From: Octopus sinensis
Taxonomy: Eukaryota
Assembly (NCBI RefSeq): GCF_006345805.1
Contig: NC_043010.1
Span: forward strand, 13,578,001-13,642,000
DNA: 64,000 nt
Direction of reading: 5' to 3'
Numbering within the stretch: position 1 is the first letter of the stretch; every line of letters begins with the position of its first letter. Positions 21,321-34,005 of this stretch are shown here, one piece after another. A model generated the notes under the pieces. That model made no database searches, was not told the DNA's origin, and was given only the letters and a program-made list of their open reading frames with translations. Made by a program: the position numbers and the translations under genes.

Positions 21321-22704
21321 AGGTCGATAAAGATAGTAACAGTCAAGTACTAGGATCGTGTTTTCCTTATTTATTTCTGTCTTTCTCTCTAAATAAAATT
21401 GGAGAGACATAGACTTGGCCAGGCGTAAAATCTCCGAGACATGCTGTATATCACAACGGCGCTCATTCACTTCTATCGAAGAAGGAACAAATGTATTTAC
21501 AAGCATTCTAGAAAAAGAGTTGGAAAAACCATCCAGTCTTGATGCAGAATTAACCTTTCCGTAGTTTATTGATTTTTATTATACTTTATTTATAAAAGGT
21601 ATTTTCAGACCTTGTTACGATAAAACACTCGCGGGCACATTTAGCATTTTGCTATTCACTAGCTTACAAACATTATTACACTTCTCTTTACAAATCTTGT
21701 GAAAGCCTGAACAAATGAACTATTTCGGTATATCTGAAGCTCTATTTTCGATTCCAACATTGCTAACTATCGAGTATAACTAAGGTTGTGTTTCAGTTTT
21801 TCAATTATGATTTCTTTGAGCTTTATGATGCAGTTATACCGGTAACACTAAGGAGTTCGTTTCGTAACCACTTGGTTTTGGATAAGACCCGACTTACGCG
21901 GCGCCTTGGTCAAGTATCATCCATGTTTTTAACCGTTACTGTCTCCAAAAAAGATTTTTCATTTCATGTTCGTCTCTGTTGCGTTGCATTCTTTCCTTCT
22001 GTGGCTGGCTGATTCAGAGCGGATCTCAGAATTAAACAGCCGAAATCTGCGATGAGGGATCAGTTTCTGACTGAAGAATGAAGGCTTTGAATGACTCGTT
22101 TGTCTTTTTGTTCGTCCCTTCGTGTATTTCATGTTATTTATTTATGTAAAGGTTTATTATCTTTTAACTAGTCTTGGGCCACAAAAGTGATTAAAATTTA
22201 GGAGACAGTGCGTAAGTCCGTTGATGGACTGTTTCCGTTTTGGGAGTGATAGACTTAAGCCGTCATCCTGCTTTACCCCGCCATCTGGCCCATGGGTACT
22301 GTTATGTGTAGTTTGTGTTCTAATGGGATAGACAATCAAATGAAAGCCATTGTTATTGTTTACGTGTTTATTTAGTATTCGTGTTACACGGACTCGACAT
22401 TCAGCGTAGTGATACATAATATACTTTACACACAGTTTGTATTGTTCACTAACAAAATAGTGCCAAAAGTGGGGATGTATTCTGCATACATAAACACATA
22501 GATATGAATGTGTAACAGGTACCTTTAGAGTTACTTCTGTTGCAAACATTCGGGCAAGATATCCAGTCTGAAGACAGCTCCTTCCTTTCTTTCATTTGTT
22601 TTGGAGAACATGGAAAATGGTCATGGTATTTTCTCTTCTGACTAAACCCATTAATGGTTTCTGATGCAGAACAGCAATTTTGAGAAGCTAGTCAATACCA
22701 CTGA

Positions 22705-22870
22705 GCTCAGTATTTTGTTGGTGCTTTATTTTGTCGATTCCGAAAGAATAAAAGGTAAAGTTGACCTCGGCGGGATTTGAACCCAGAATGTAAAGAGCCA
22801 GGATTAGTAACCCTTCCCAAAACTAGGCAATTTTTCAAACGCTGTAACGATTCTGACAGCTCAACGCCTT
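22705..22870 (-). mobile_element. Old SINE family B fragment
   Basis: Diverged AAAGGTAAAGTTGACCTCGGCGGGATTTGAAC. Confidence 0.7.
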
Positions 22871-22897
22871 CGATTAACCCATTAATAAAAATCTGTA

Positions 22898-23280
22898 GGA
22901 GGCGCAATGGCCCAGTGGTTAGGGCAGCGGACTCGCGGTCGTAGGATCGCCGTTTCGATTCCCAGACCGGGCGTTGTGAGTGTTTATTGAGCGAAAACAC
23001 CTAAAAAGCTCCACGAGGCTCTGGTAGGGGATGGTGGTGATCCCTGCTGTACTCTTTCACCACAACTTTCTCTCACTCTTACTTCCTGTTTCTGTTGTAC
23101 CTGTATTTCAAAGGGCCGGCCTTGTCACTCTCTGTGTCACACTGAATATCCCCGAGAACTATGTTAAGGGTACACGTGTCTGTGGAGTGCTCAGCCACTT
23201 ACACGTTAATTTCACGAGCAGGCTGTTCCGTTGATCGGATCAACCGGAACCCTCGTCGTCGTAACCGACGGAGTGCTTCC
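22898..23280 (+). mobile_element. SINE family D
   Basis: tRNA head TGGCCCAGTGG..TTCGATTCCC; tail as 11924. Confidence 0.9.
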
Positions 23281-23690
23281 ATTTTCCATTCCAATAAAAA
23301 TCTATATCAAGTGTTTGTTGGCTTTTTTTTTTTTACCTTAGTTCCCGTTCTCAGCAGGATTTTTTTTTCTTTTTCTTTCTCAGGAGGGTATTATACTTCA
23401 AGAACAACTTGGCTTGTGGCCAATTCGCTACTCCCCTGTATACAACTCTCTCTTCCATTTTCTTAGGTAATTTGAGATTAGGGAAGAGGGAATCTTGTTA
23501 AAGTTTCTGTAGGGAACTTGATAGGGAACGATCTTATTAAGAATTACGAAAACAAAATGAAAACCTTCTTACGTATGACGAGTGGAATTCGAAAGTAACA
23601 AAAAATAGCTTCAGGGCTAAGATGTTAGTCTCACTTTTTGACACAACATCGGTCTCTTAAGCACAAACATAAATTCACTATCACACACAC

Positions 23691-23742
<52 letters not shown>

Positions 23743-23758
23743 TACACATACACACGTA

Positions 23759-23966
23759 CAGGAGTGGGCAAAGGTAGATATAAAGTTGCTTAATATGAGT
23801 AGAATGTTCTTTTCATTTCTCTATTTCTTTTTTTTACCTAAGCGATACATAAGGTGACTAAGGAATTTGTGGGAGATGCTTGGTTCATTGGAACCCTTTA
23901 TTTCGATTTCTGGAGACTTTGAGCGAATGCTTGAGCCACAAGCAGCCGTATACCTACTTTTGCCCA

Positions 23967-23969
<3 letters not shown>
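23759..23969. mobile_element. Tc1/mariner-like MITE
   Basis: Imperfect TIR CAGGAGTGGGCAAAGGTAGATATA / TATACCTACTTTTGCCCAATCA, TA flanks. Confidence 0.55.
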
Positions 23970-24030
<61 letters not shown>

Positions 24031-24185
24031 TGTATGTATGTATGTGTATATATATATGTCTGTATGTATGTGTATATATATGTCTGTATGTATGTGTATA
24101 TATATGTCTGTATGTATATATATATATATGTCTGTATGTATATATATATATGTATGTATGTATATATGTATGTATGTATATATAT

Positions 24186-24388
24186 ATAGTTAATCCAAAC
24201 AAGAAAACAAAAAAACAACAACGCAAGGACGTGGAACAAATAAAGTATTATTGGACGCTCAGGAAAGAAGGGAAGAAGGAGGGTTTGACGTTTCGAGCGG
24301 AGCTCTTCGTCGGAAACATAGGAGAAGGAAAGATCCCGAGAAGGGAAGACAGAGAAAAAAAATCGCTAGTGATACAGACGAAGTCACA
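24186..24388 (-). mobile_element. Penelope-like remnant with variant minimal hammerhead (24283-24317)
   Basis: GUUU CCGACGA A GAGC UCC GCUC GAAA CGUC AAAC; second copy 61005-61160; sits in (TA)n. Confidence 0.6.
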
Positions 24389-25331
24389 TATATATATATA
24401 TATGTGTGTATATATATATATGTACGTATATATATGCATATATATATGTATGTATGCATGTATGGTATTTACTCGTGTACAAGTCGCACTTGATTTTAAG
24501 TATAAAAAATAACAGGGATGCGACCTCTGCACGAGTGTGAGGGGGGTTGTATTTCAAGAATTAATTTAGATGGAACTATTTCCTTCAAGTTCCATTCACA
24601 CGACTTCAGTCAAATCGAGTATATCGTAGAAGACACTTACCCAAGGCGTCACGCTGAAGGGTCGAACTTTGTGTCACGTGATCCGGGTTAAAGTTAGGTT
24701 CGGCTTGGCGCTTGTAAACCTCTACTTTCGGTTTCGAATATATTTTGCTAGTACTTTACCTTGACTCATCCAGTTTTGATTCACTATTCTGGAATTTCAC
24801 TTCACTTCTGTCATTAATGCCCATAGGAAAACTAAACTCAACGAAATACTTACTCTCTTTCCTTCTCTCTCGCTCTCTCTCGCTTCTTTTCTTTTTCTTT
24901 TTTCTTTTTATCCGCCAGTAAGATTAATGAAGTTAAATAAACATTGGTGAATGCATCTTAATTCCAAAAAATAAAAGCATCTCATTCTGTTTACCTCACT
25001 TTTCATAAAGCATATTTATACAATCAACCCGTCGAAATTTACGAGTAAAAAATGTTTATTCTGAAAATACAAAATGGGTGTTTTATTTTCTAGAATGTGC
25101 AAATTCTTGGCACACTGACATGGTTGTCATTTGGTTGTCTTCTTCATATTCTAAGCAAATACAGTATCTATAGCTGCAATTCAAAGAAGATTTAGATGGG
25201 AATTAACAAACACTACAGCTAACTGTAAGCTAGGTGGGAAAAGAATCGGCTGCCCCAGGCGACGCTTTTATTGGCAGGAGTAGTCGTTTTGAATCTGCTG
25301 TATAACCCTGAATTGGCTGTGAGGGGTCGGC

Positions 25332-25747
25332 AGGCGGCGAGCTGGCAGAAACGTTAGCACGCCGGGCGAAATGCTTTGCGGTATTTCGTCTGCCGTTACG
25401 TTCTGAGTTCAAATTCCGCCGAGGTCTACTTTGCCTTTCATCCTTTCGGGGTCGATTAAATAAGTACCAGTTACGTACTGGAGTCGATGTAATCGACTTA
25501 ATCCGTCTGTCTGTCCTTGTTTGTCCCCTCCGTGTTTAGCCCCTTGTGGGTAGTAAAGAAATAGGTATTTCGTCTGCCGTTACGTTGTGAGTTCAAATTC
25601 CGCCGAGGTCGACTTTGCCTTTCATCCTTTCGGGGTCGATAAATTAAGTACCAGTTACGCACTGGGGTCGATGTAATCGACTTAATACCTATGTCTGTCC
25701 TTGTTTGTCCCCTCTGTGTTTAGCCCCTTGTGGGTAGTAAAGAAATA
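25332..25747 (+). mobile_element. SINE family B dimer
   Basis: Junction AAAGAAATA|GGTATTTCGTCTGCCG at 25564. Confidence 0.95.
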
Positions 25748-25794
25748 GGTTTGGGACATGCACTCTAGCTACGTAACTGATTGTTAAAAATTGT

Positions 25795-25980
25795 GAAGGT
25801 GCGTGGCTTAGTTAGGGTTTTGAGCTAACGATCGTTTGGTTGGCATTAGTTCGGTTCTCGAACCGTGCGATACGCTGTGTCTTCATTTCCCGTTGCTCCA
25901 CTACACTCAACTGAAAATGCATACCCGTGACACCTGGAGTTGACCCTGCGACGGACTGGCGTCCTGTTCAGAGTGAAGGC
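25795..25980 (+). mobile_element. Old family D-type SINE
   Basis: Degraded tRNA head, CORE-like middle, CCCTGCGACGGACTGGCGTCCTGTTCAG tail. Confidence 0.6.
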
Positions 25981-25985
25981 AATTC

Positions 25986-26360
25986 TTTTAGAATTACTCT
26001 CTCTTTTACTTGTTTCAGTCATTTGACTGTGACCATGCTGGAGCACCGCCTTTAGTCGAGCAAATCTACCCCAGGACTTATTCTTTGTAAGCCTAGTACT
26101 TATTAAAGTAAGATAGACTTTTAGAATTACTCTCTCTTTTACTCTTTTACTTGTGGCCATGCTGGAGCACCGCCTTTAGTCGAGCAAATCTACCCCCAGG
26201 ACTTATTCTTTGTAAGCCTAGTACTTATTCTATCGGTCTCTTTTGCCGGACCGCTATGTTACGGGGACGTAAACACACCAGCATCGGTTGTCAAGCGATG
26301 TTGGGGGGGGGGACAAACACAGAGGCTATAGTAGAAGACACTTGCCCAAGGTGCCACGCA
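25986..26360 (-). mobile_element. SINE family A with tandemly duplicated 3' part
   Basis: 25986-26102 repeated at 26118-26230. Confidence 0.85.
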
Positions 26361-26557
26361 AAATCCATCGCTCATTGACTAAGGCAACTGCAGCTCCACA
26401 CTGTACGTATTTTACAAAAGTTATAAACATTTTTTTACTCTACATTCATAATCCCATCACTAGGTACAATTTCCAGTCACCATGAGCGAAAGTTGCCCTA
26501 TTCTTAGCATTGTCTCTTCTGTCACCTTCAAACAGTGCGCCCCGCAGCTAAATACCT

Positions 26558-26797
26558 ATTTCTTTACTACCCACAAGGGGCTAAACACAGAGAGGACAAA
26601 CAAGGACAGACAGACGGATTAAGTCGATTACATCGACCCCAGTGCGTAACTGGTACTTAATTTTTATCGACCCCGAAATGATGAAAGGCAAAGTCGACCT
26701 CGGTGGAATTTGAACTCAGAACGTAGCGGCAGACGAAATACCGCTAAGCATTTCGCCCGGCGCGCTAACGATTCTGCCAGCTCGCCGCCTTCATTTA
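26558..26797 (-). mobile_element. SINE family B
   Basis: 19-bp TSD GCCCC(G/A)CAGCTAAATACCT (26539-26557, 26798-26816). Confidence 0.95.
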
Positions 26798-27172
26798 GCC
26801 CCACAGCTAAATACCTTCGACGAACTCTCTCCCTTTTTTTCCCCACTTTCTCTCTCTCTCTGTCTCTCTCTCACACACACACACAAACAAACACACACTG
26901 ACATCCAAGACCAGTCCTTTCTCAAACTCTTTAAATCATCACACCTTTTCTTTTTCTAGCATCTTTCCATCATGCTACGATTCAACGAACCCATCCACCC
27001 AATTCTGTTTTTCTTTATCTACATACACGTAATATCAGGTCAGAATCATTTAATTCTGAGTATTAGTTTCAGGGGAGTGACTACATACCACAGTATTACT
27101 CTACTATAAGCAAATACTCATAATTATGTAATGTGTGTGTGTGTATGTATATATACATCCATGATAGATCGT

Positions 27173-27345
27173 TAGCCACTACACACATTTTTTTCTCTCC
27201 TTGTTTTTTCTGTGTCCCTTTCTGTAGAAGAGCGTAGGCTCGAAACGTAAAAGACTTTTTCTATTCCTGAGCGTTATATTAATCTGTTTGTTTTGTACAC
27301 CACCTGTCTTCGTCTTTTGTTTTTTCGTAAACTCTCCCTATATAT
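27173..27345 (+). mobile_element. Penelope-like remnant with variant minimal hammerhead (27218-27253)
   Basis: CUUU CUGUAGA A GAGC GUAG GCUC GAAA CGUA AAAG; identical motif at 53551-53586. Confidence 0.6.
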
Positions 27346-27565
27346 ATATGAGGTATACTTGCCATCTCAATATGGCTAACCACTAAGGGTGGGTGTTACT
27401 GTAACCCCAGGAGAACATCGTCTCCAGCTGGCTTTAGGCACACTTTCTGTGCCCTTATGGTATTTGCAAAGGAAGGTCATCCCTCCCTCGTCAACCTAAG
27501 CAGCTTGTTCTCTTGATCCGATCAACTGGGACTCTCAGCGTCATAATAGATGGAGTGTCATTTAC

Positions 27566-27660
27566 GGTGTCGAAATTTTCGTCGTTCGAAACTGCGACTT
27601 GGAGCACAAATTTTGTCAGTGACCAAGGCCACAGTTTCGAGCAACGAAAATTTTGACACC
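27566..27660. repeat. Inverted repeat, ~37-bp arms, 20-nt loop
   Basis: GGTGTCGAAATTTTCGTCGTTCGAAACTGCGACTTGG vs CCAAGGCCACAGTTTCGAGCAACGAAAATTTTGACACC. Confidence 0.85.
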
Positions 27661-28482
27661 ATATTACATGCAGTAAATGTTTAGGTGAAGTTAACAGTCT
27701 TTGTGTGTTTCTGAATGGCTAACTCGTGCCGTCGACGCTGAAATCGTTTTAGTTTCAACTCACGATCACAGATGAAAACACTTTCCATGCCATGCAAGAA
27801 CATCTCTGTAAATTGTATTGAAAGAAAGAGAAGTGAGGGGAAAATGGTTTATATGATTTTGAAAAATGTAGCGGTGATGAAAGTGGGGGGGAGATGTGTG
27901 ATCCCTCGTTTCTTTGTAATGCTTTCATTGCGTTTGTATCATGGCTTCAAGCGTGAATCCCGAGTAACATTGCACGTTACCGTTCAGGTAGATATCGCTT
28001 TCCGACTTTCAGTCCCTCTCCCCCTCCTCATTTGCCTTAGTTCATTGCTCTCTCTCTCTCTCTCCCCCTCCCTCTCTCTTATACACACACACGCATTCTC
28101 AATCACATTGGTACGAACGCAGATTATAGTAGTTTGTTAGCTTGCCTCCAAGACAGTCGTGATTTAAAAGACCAACGATCAAAGTCATTACAGCCGTGAC
28201 CATCCTGTCTTTTACCGAAGAGGGATATGTAGGACTGCATTATCTAACGAGTCTTTCCTTTGGAGTGAAAGCGACAGAAAGAGAGAGAGATTTCTTGTAG
28301 ATCGAGCTATCATGTAGAAGCTCCCTCCCTCGTCGTTTTTTTCTTTTTCTTTTTTTTTTTCTATGAACATATATTGTCCAATGTCTTCCTGCTATTTCTA
28401 ACAGGTTGAGACACGGTGGAGAAACTCCCATAGAGGAAGAACATGTGTATACGTATGTATGTATATATAAATATATATATAT

Positions 28483-28794
28483 ATCACCGTGATCACCGTG
28501 ACCGACCAGGCTATCAGATGTTGCTACACATCGCTCGTTACAATGCACTTCGCATTGTTTTAGCCTTCAAATGACGCCACCCCGCTGGCTAAGCGAGCAA
28601 GGTCAACAGAAGAAAGAGTGAGAGAAAGTTGTGGCGAAAGAGCACCGCAGGGATCGCCACCATCCCCTGCCGGAGCCTCGTGGGGCTTTAGGAGATTTTG
28701 CTCAATAAACACTCACAACGCCCGGTCTGGGAGTCGAAACCGCGATCCTACGACCGCGAGTCCGCTGCCCTAACCACTGGGCCATTGCGCCTCT
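28483..28794 (-). mobile_element. SINE family D with a distinct tail
   Basis: Head as 22898; tail ends in (CACGGTGAT)2. Confidence 0.85.
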
Positions 28795-29223
28795 TCATAT
28801 GTGTGTGTGTGTGTGTGTGTATTTACAAAATCTGTTAATCTAAATTTCCCAAACGAATTAGCCTGTTTCTAAACCAGAAAACAGGATTGCCATTTTTTTC
28901 TCTCCCCTTTTCAAATGTGTCCTGGTCAAATGCAGTTAATTTTAATGTGGCCTTCCAACAAGTAATTTCCCACCTCTGCTTTCGTGAGTACATTGTAACC
29001 AAGAAAGATAACTTCAATAAAATCGGGGTTGTCTCCCTTCGCGTGACGTGACCAAGACACCAACAATGAGTAGAATTAGTATATTAATTCTCTAAAACAA
29101 TGGTCGCCAAATATATTTTGTTACAAAAGCTTCATCTGATTTTCCAAAACTCGTGGAATGCATACCAATCTTTTGTGGCCAATTTTCATTCACTGTAGTT
29201 TTGATAAGACCTTAAATGAAGAA

Positions 29224-29465
29224 CATTCTATTATGTCTGGGGAGAGTCATTTTCTTTTTGTGCCTTATAATTTAACACACTCACCGATAAAATTTCCACA
29301 TTTTTCTTATTTTTATTGTCCTAAAATTTTCATTGCAACCTTTTCAAGATGCAACGAAAACTTTAGGACAATAGAAATAAGAAAAATGTGGAAATTTTAC
29401 CGGTGAGTGTGTTAAATTATAAGGCACAAAAAGAAAATGACTCTCCCCAGACACAATAGAAAATG
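29224..29465. mobile_element. Foldback element, ~110-bp arms, ~12-nt loop
   Basis: 29226-29337 pairs with 29350-29461 with few mismatches. Confidence 0.9.
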
Positions 29466-29552
29466 CTTCAACACACGAACTCATATAAAGAATCTTGCAA
29501 ACGAAATTAAATAAAACGTAAATTGCTTTAGAGAGAGAATTTATATTTATAT

Positions 29553-29955
29553 CGTTTATCTTTTACCGGTTTCAATCATTAGACTGTGGCCATGCTGGGG
29601 CACCTTCTTGAAGAATTTTAGTTGAATGAACCAATCCCAGTACTTCTTCTCTTAAGCCTGGTACTTATTCTGTAGGTCTGTGTTTGCTAAACTGCTAAGT
29701 TACAGGGTTGTAAACACACCAACACCAGTTGGCAAACAGTGGTCGGGGACAAACACAGACGCATAAAGATATAGATACATGTGTGTGTGTGTGTGTGTCA
29801 CAGGCTTCTTTCAGTTTCCATCTGCTAAATCCACTCACAAGGCTTTGGTCGGTCCAAGGCAAGAGCAGAAGACATTTGCCGAAGGTGCCACGCAGTGGGA
29901 CTGAACCCGGAACCATGTGGTTGGGAAGCAAACTTCTTACCAAACAGCAATGCCT
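29553..29955 (-). mobile_element. SINE family A, diverged
   Basis: Family A motifs. Confidence 0.85.
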
Positions 29956-29982
29956 AAAAAGAAAACTTTCATAAACCTTCCA

Positions 29983-30412
29983 GGATCTTTTCAGTTTGAA
30001 TGGCAGTGTTTTCTAGCGGTGTCATATGAAATTGTCACCCATAATTATGACCCTAGTATCGATCTATTGCATTTCAATCTGTTTTAGGGTTAAGGTTAGT
30101 TAGGGTTAGGGGTGGGGGGGATGGTATCTTTTTTTCTTCACAAATGTAAATAAACCCAATCTGTTTCTTAAACGAGGGACATATTCATACGGCACAGAAT
30201 GTTTTCACCTCAATAGACGTCATTGATTGGTTGAAATTGCAGAAATTGAAGGAAAAAAACAACAACAAATATCTTACAAACTATAGAATCTTCTCAATAA
30301 AGCCAAGAGAAAAAGATGTTTTCTAAACACATTCTACCAGTATACGAAGTTTAAAAGTGTTTAGTTACATGGAAATTATTTTTAAAAACTGCTGTTCAAA
30401 CCGAAAAGATCC
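29983..30412 (+). mobile_element. GGATCTTTT-TIR MITE
   Basis: TIRs; TSD ACCTTCCA. Confidence 0.95.
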
Positions 30413-30694
30413 ACCTTCCAAAATGATGGGTGCCATATTTTTTATAAAATAAATTTTTATTGAATTATTTTATTAAAAGACACCAGATCTCACAGAACTC
30501 TAGAATTTTTTTCCAGAACCCTAGTTTGAAAACACTGATCTAGTACAGAAAGTAGGCATGGATTATATTTAGTATATTTGCATTTTCTCTGTAAAAATTT
30601 TTGAGGTTTTTTTTTGTCCCAAATTTAGTATATTTGCATTTTCACCATCAGAAGCAGTTGTAGGCTCTTGTAACTCATCGGCTGGATTTCAGTT

Positions 30695-31110
30695 TACTCT
30701 CTTTACTCTTTTACTCTTTTACTTGTTTCAGTCATGTGACTGTGGCCATGCTGGAGCACCGCCTTTAGTCGAACAAATCGACCCAGGACTTATTCTTTGT
30801 AAGCCTAGTACTTAATCTATCGGTCTCTTTTTGCCAAACCGCTAAGTTACGGGGACGTAAACTCACCACCATCGGTTGTCAAGCGATGTTGGGGGGGACA
30901 AACAGATACACACACACATGCATATATATATATATATATAATATATACATATATACGACGGGCTTCTTTCAGTTTCCGTCTACCAAATCCACTGACAAGG
31001 CTTTAGTAGGCCGAGGCTATAGTAGAAGACACTTGCCCAAGGTGCCACACAGTGGGACTGAACCTGGAACCATGTGGTTGGTAAGCAAGCTACTTACCAC
31101 ACAGCCATTC
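30695..31110 (-). mobile_element. SINE family A
   Basis: Full-length, (TACTCTTT)n tail. Confidence 0.95.
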
Positions 31111-31329
31111 CTGCTTGTTTCAAAAGTATTTGCTTCAAGTTTATCTTCTCTAAAAACTTCTTCTTTCAGATTTTTGTTTGAAAAGTATTTTCATTCCTCA
31201 ACACCAAATTCCTAAACTAGTGAATTGGTTGATTGCTGTTTTCATTGAGGCTTTTTGTGCTCATCCTTTCCAGATCAATATTTTTTTTAACATTCAGATT
31301 ACTCTGTCAAATGTAATATTTATTTATTC

Positions 31330-31536
31330 ACGTAAAAAGCACCATCCTAATCGTGGCCGATAACAGCGCCGCCTTGACTGGCTTCCGTGCCGGTGGCACG
31401 TAAAATGCACCAATCAATCATGGCCATTGCCAACCTCGCCTGGCCCCTGTGCAGGTGGCACGTAAAAAGCACCCACTACACTCACGGAGTGGTTGGCGTT
31501 AGGAAGGGCATCCAGCTGTAGAAACACTGCCAGATC
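31330..31536 (+). mobile_element. Fragment of RTE LINE 3' UTR (family of 52615)
   Basis: GCACGTAAAAAGCACC..GGAGTGGTTGGCGTTAGGAAGGGCATCCAGC. Confidence 0.75.
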
Positions 31537-31759
31537 CTTCATTGTTCAATTTGCAATACAATGCCAAATGCACTTAACATACTTTTACTATAGCCAGGAC
31601 CAATTTTAAGCCAATTAGACAGATTTGTTCAAATTGGGCCCCACACCAAGAGAGGGCCCCATATACAAGCTCAAGCAGAGGATGTTCTGATTAATTTTTA
31701 GTATATCATTGTGGCTAATGGTGGAGTCTCAAGCCCTCAATACTTTTTAGCTGGGACTA

Positions 31760-32182
31760 CTCTTTTTACTCTTTTACTCTTTTACTTGTTTCAGTCATTT
31801 GACTGCGGCCATGCTGGAGCACCACCTTTAGTTGAGCAAATCGACCCCGGGACTTATACTTTGTAAGCCCAGTACTTATTCTATCGGTCTCTTTTGCCGA
31901 ACCGCTAAGTGACAGGGATGTAAACATACCAGCATCGGTTGTCAAGCAATGCTGGGGGGACAAACACAGACACACAAACATATACACACACACTTATATA
32001 TATATATATACATATATACGACAGGCTTCTTTCAGTTTCCGTCTACCAAATCCACTCACAAGGCATTGGTCGGCCTGTGGCTATAGTAGAAGCCACTTGC
32101 CCAACGTGCCACGCAGTGGGACTGAACCCGGAACCATGTGGTTGGTTAGCAAGCTACTTACCACACAGCCACTCCTGCGCCT
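31760..32182 (-). mobile_element. SINE family A
   Basis: Full-length. Confidence 0.95.
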
Positions 32183-34005
32183 AGCATAGTATAGTATAAA
32201 ACATCAATCTTCAGCTTTTGTAAAGTAGAGGGTTCCACTGACAATTCTCTAATTGGGCTCTGCACTTCCTAGCACTGACTATTGCATTTATACATCAATG
32301 ACAAAATTGATATGACTTCATGTTCCTACTATTAATCTGAAGGTCAAGGTTACTCATATATGGCACTGCAGTCATGAGTAAAAATGTTAATATATTCCAA
32401 ACCAAAGTTGTTTTAAGTAGCATTTGCCTTGTTATTATCAGTCTCATGTTTTTACAATGAAGTAAAAAATCAAAAATTCATATTTTCATTTTATATTTTT
32501 GAAAAATGATGTTTGTTTAAAATTATTTCAATTAATTTAATGTTATATTTACATTTAAATATTTTTTCTTTATGCTGCAGGTTTACCAAAATTTCCCAGA
32601 ACACCTGAAATTACTCTTTTATAGAATACTGAATACCTATATTTGTTCACGTTGATTGAGAAATTACTATTTTCACCAAGGAAAATGTCTTACAATAAAG
32701 GAGAGTTTATTCTTTGAAATATAAAATTAAATTCTTATCTGTGATTCAAAACATGAAAAACTTCCCTTAATTTTGTATATTTATGAAATATATATATTTC
32801 TTCAAAGAACTGATGTTAAATCTTAATGATAATTTTGATGCACAAGAAATCAGATTTTTGTCTCTTTAGCTAACATCAATCACTTTCAGAATACAACACG
32901 GAATGAATAAGTTCTGTTTAAGATATATTCTTTTTCATAAACCTAACAAAATCTTTGTTAATTTCTCTTTGCCTTCTATTATTTTCCACATGAAAAAAAA
33001 GCAAACTATGACTTTGCTATATGACTTCAACTATAACGAGATTGCTGCTCTTTCATAATATTTCTAAATTTATGATACCCATTCTGTTGTTAAAAATAGA
33101 CAAATTATATGGCTTCCACTCAACAGACAAAAGAAATTTTCAACCACCATGATGTACTCATTAACATGCATTGTTTAGGCAGAGAAGCTCTAAACAACTG
33201 CATTTCTATATCAAAGCAAATAGGGTTCGGTATTATTGACCGGTTAGAGTTCCGTAACTTTTTTCATTCAAACTTTAGCATTGATTACAAACAATGTTTA
33301 AATAGTGGTCAAATTTTATCTTTTAATACAAAATATTTGAATGGGTTCAGAAAATACAACTTCCCACTGTTATTGATTGAATCTTTAACAAATATAGAGA
33401 AAAAACATAGGATATGCCTAGAATCATAAAAAAAAATGTTTTAATCATATTTGTAAGAAATAAATAAAATAACTTTGAGTGCCATGAGGAGAGATGAGTT
33501 GTAATTGCATTCATACTATTTAGTAGCTAAGATATATATAACATAAATACTAATGCTAAATGGTATGGTCTTGTTTTAGATTGGTGTTGATTGTTATTGG
33601 TTTTGTGAGCTAATTTAAAAATATATAACATTAAAATAATGATAATCTTCAAAAGCAAAATGTTTTTATATTCCCTGTTGTATTTAGAATTTTATTGTAG
33701 ATTATAAAACACATAAAATTGGTTATATAGATTAGCAAGCTAACGGTACTTTAACTAGTGTCCACCAACATCATCTTTCAAAATATCAAAAAATACAAAA
33801 TTATAAAAAAAAAAACATACAATACAGGATTGAAAAACAAAGAAGCAAGCAGTAAATCTATCTCGTTGTGTTTTACTGCAAAGAGAAATATTTCCTGGAA
33901 CGGAAGCTTGAAGGTGGAATTAATTTCAAAAGATTTGATTCTGTTATTTTCACAAGATATGATTCCAATGCGTAAATCTTCTATAATATGTGTCCCAAAC
34001 ATTAA

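Noticed and set aside
21111-21506. Recurring ORFs ending RRGRLCLSSFRGR, RRHLPKVPRSGTEPGTMW or LKAVLQHG
   Set aside because: Translations of SINE families A and B; repeated many times, no coding signature
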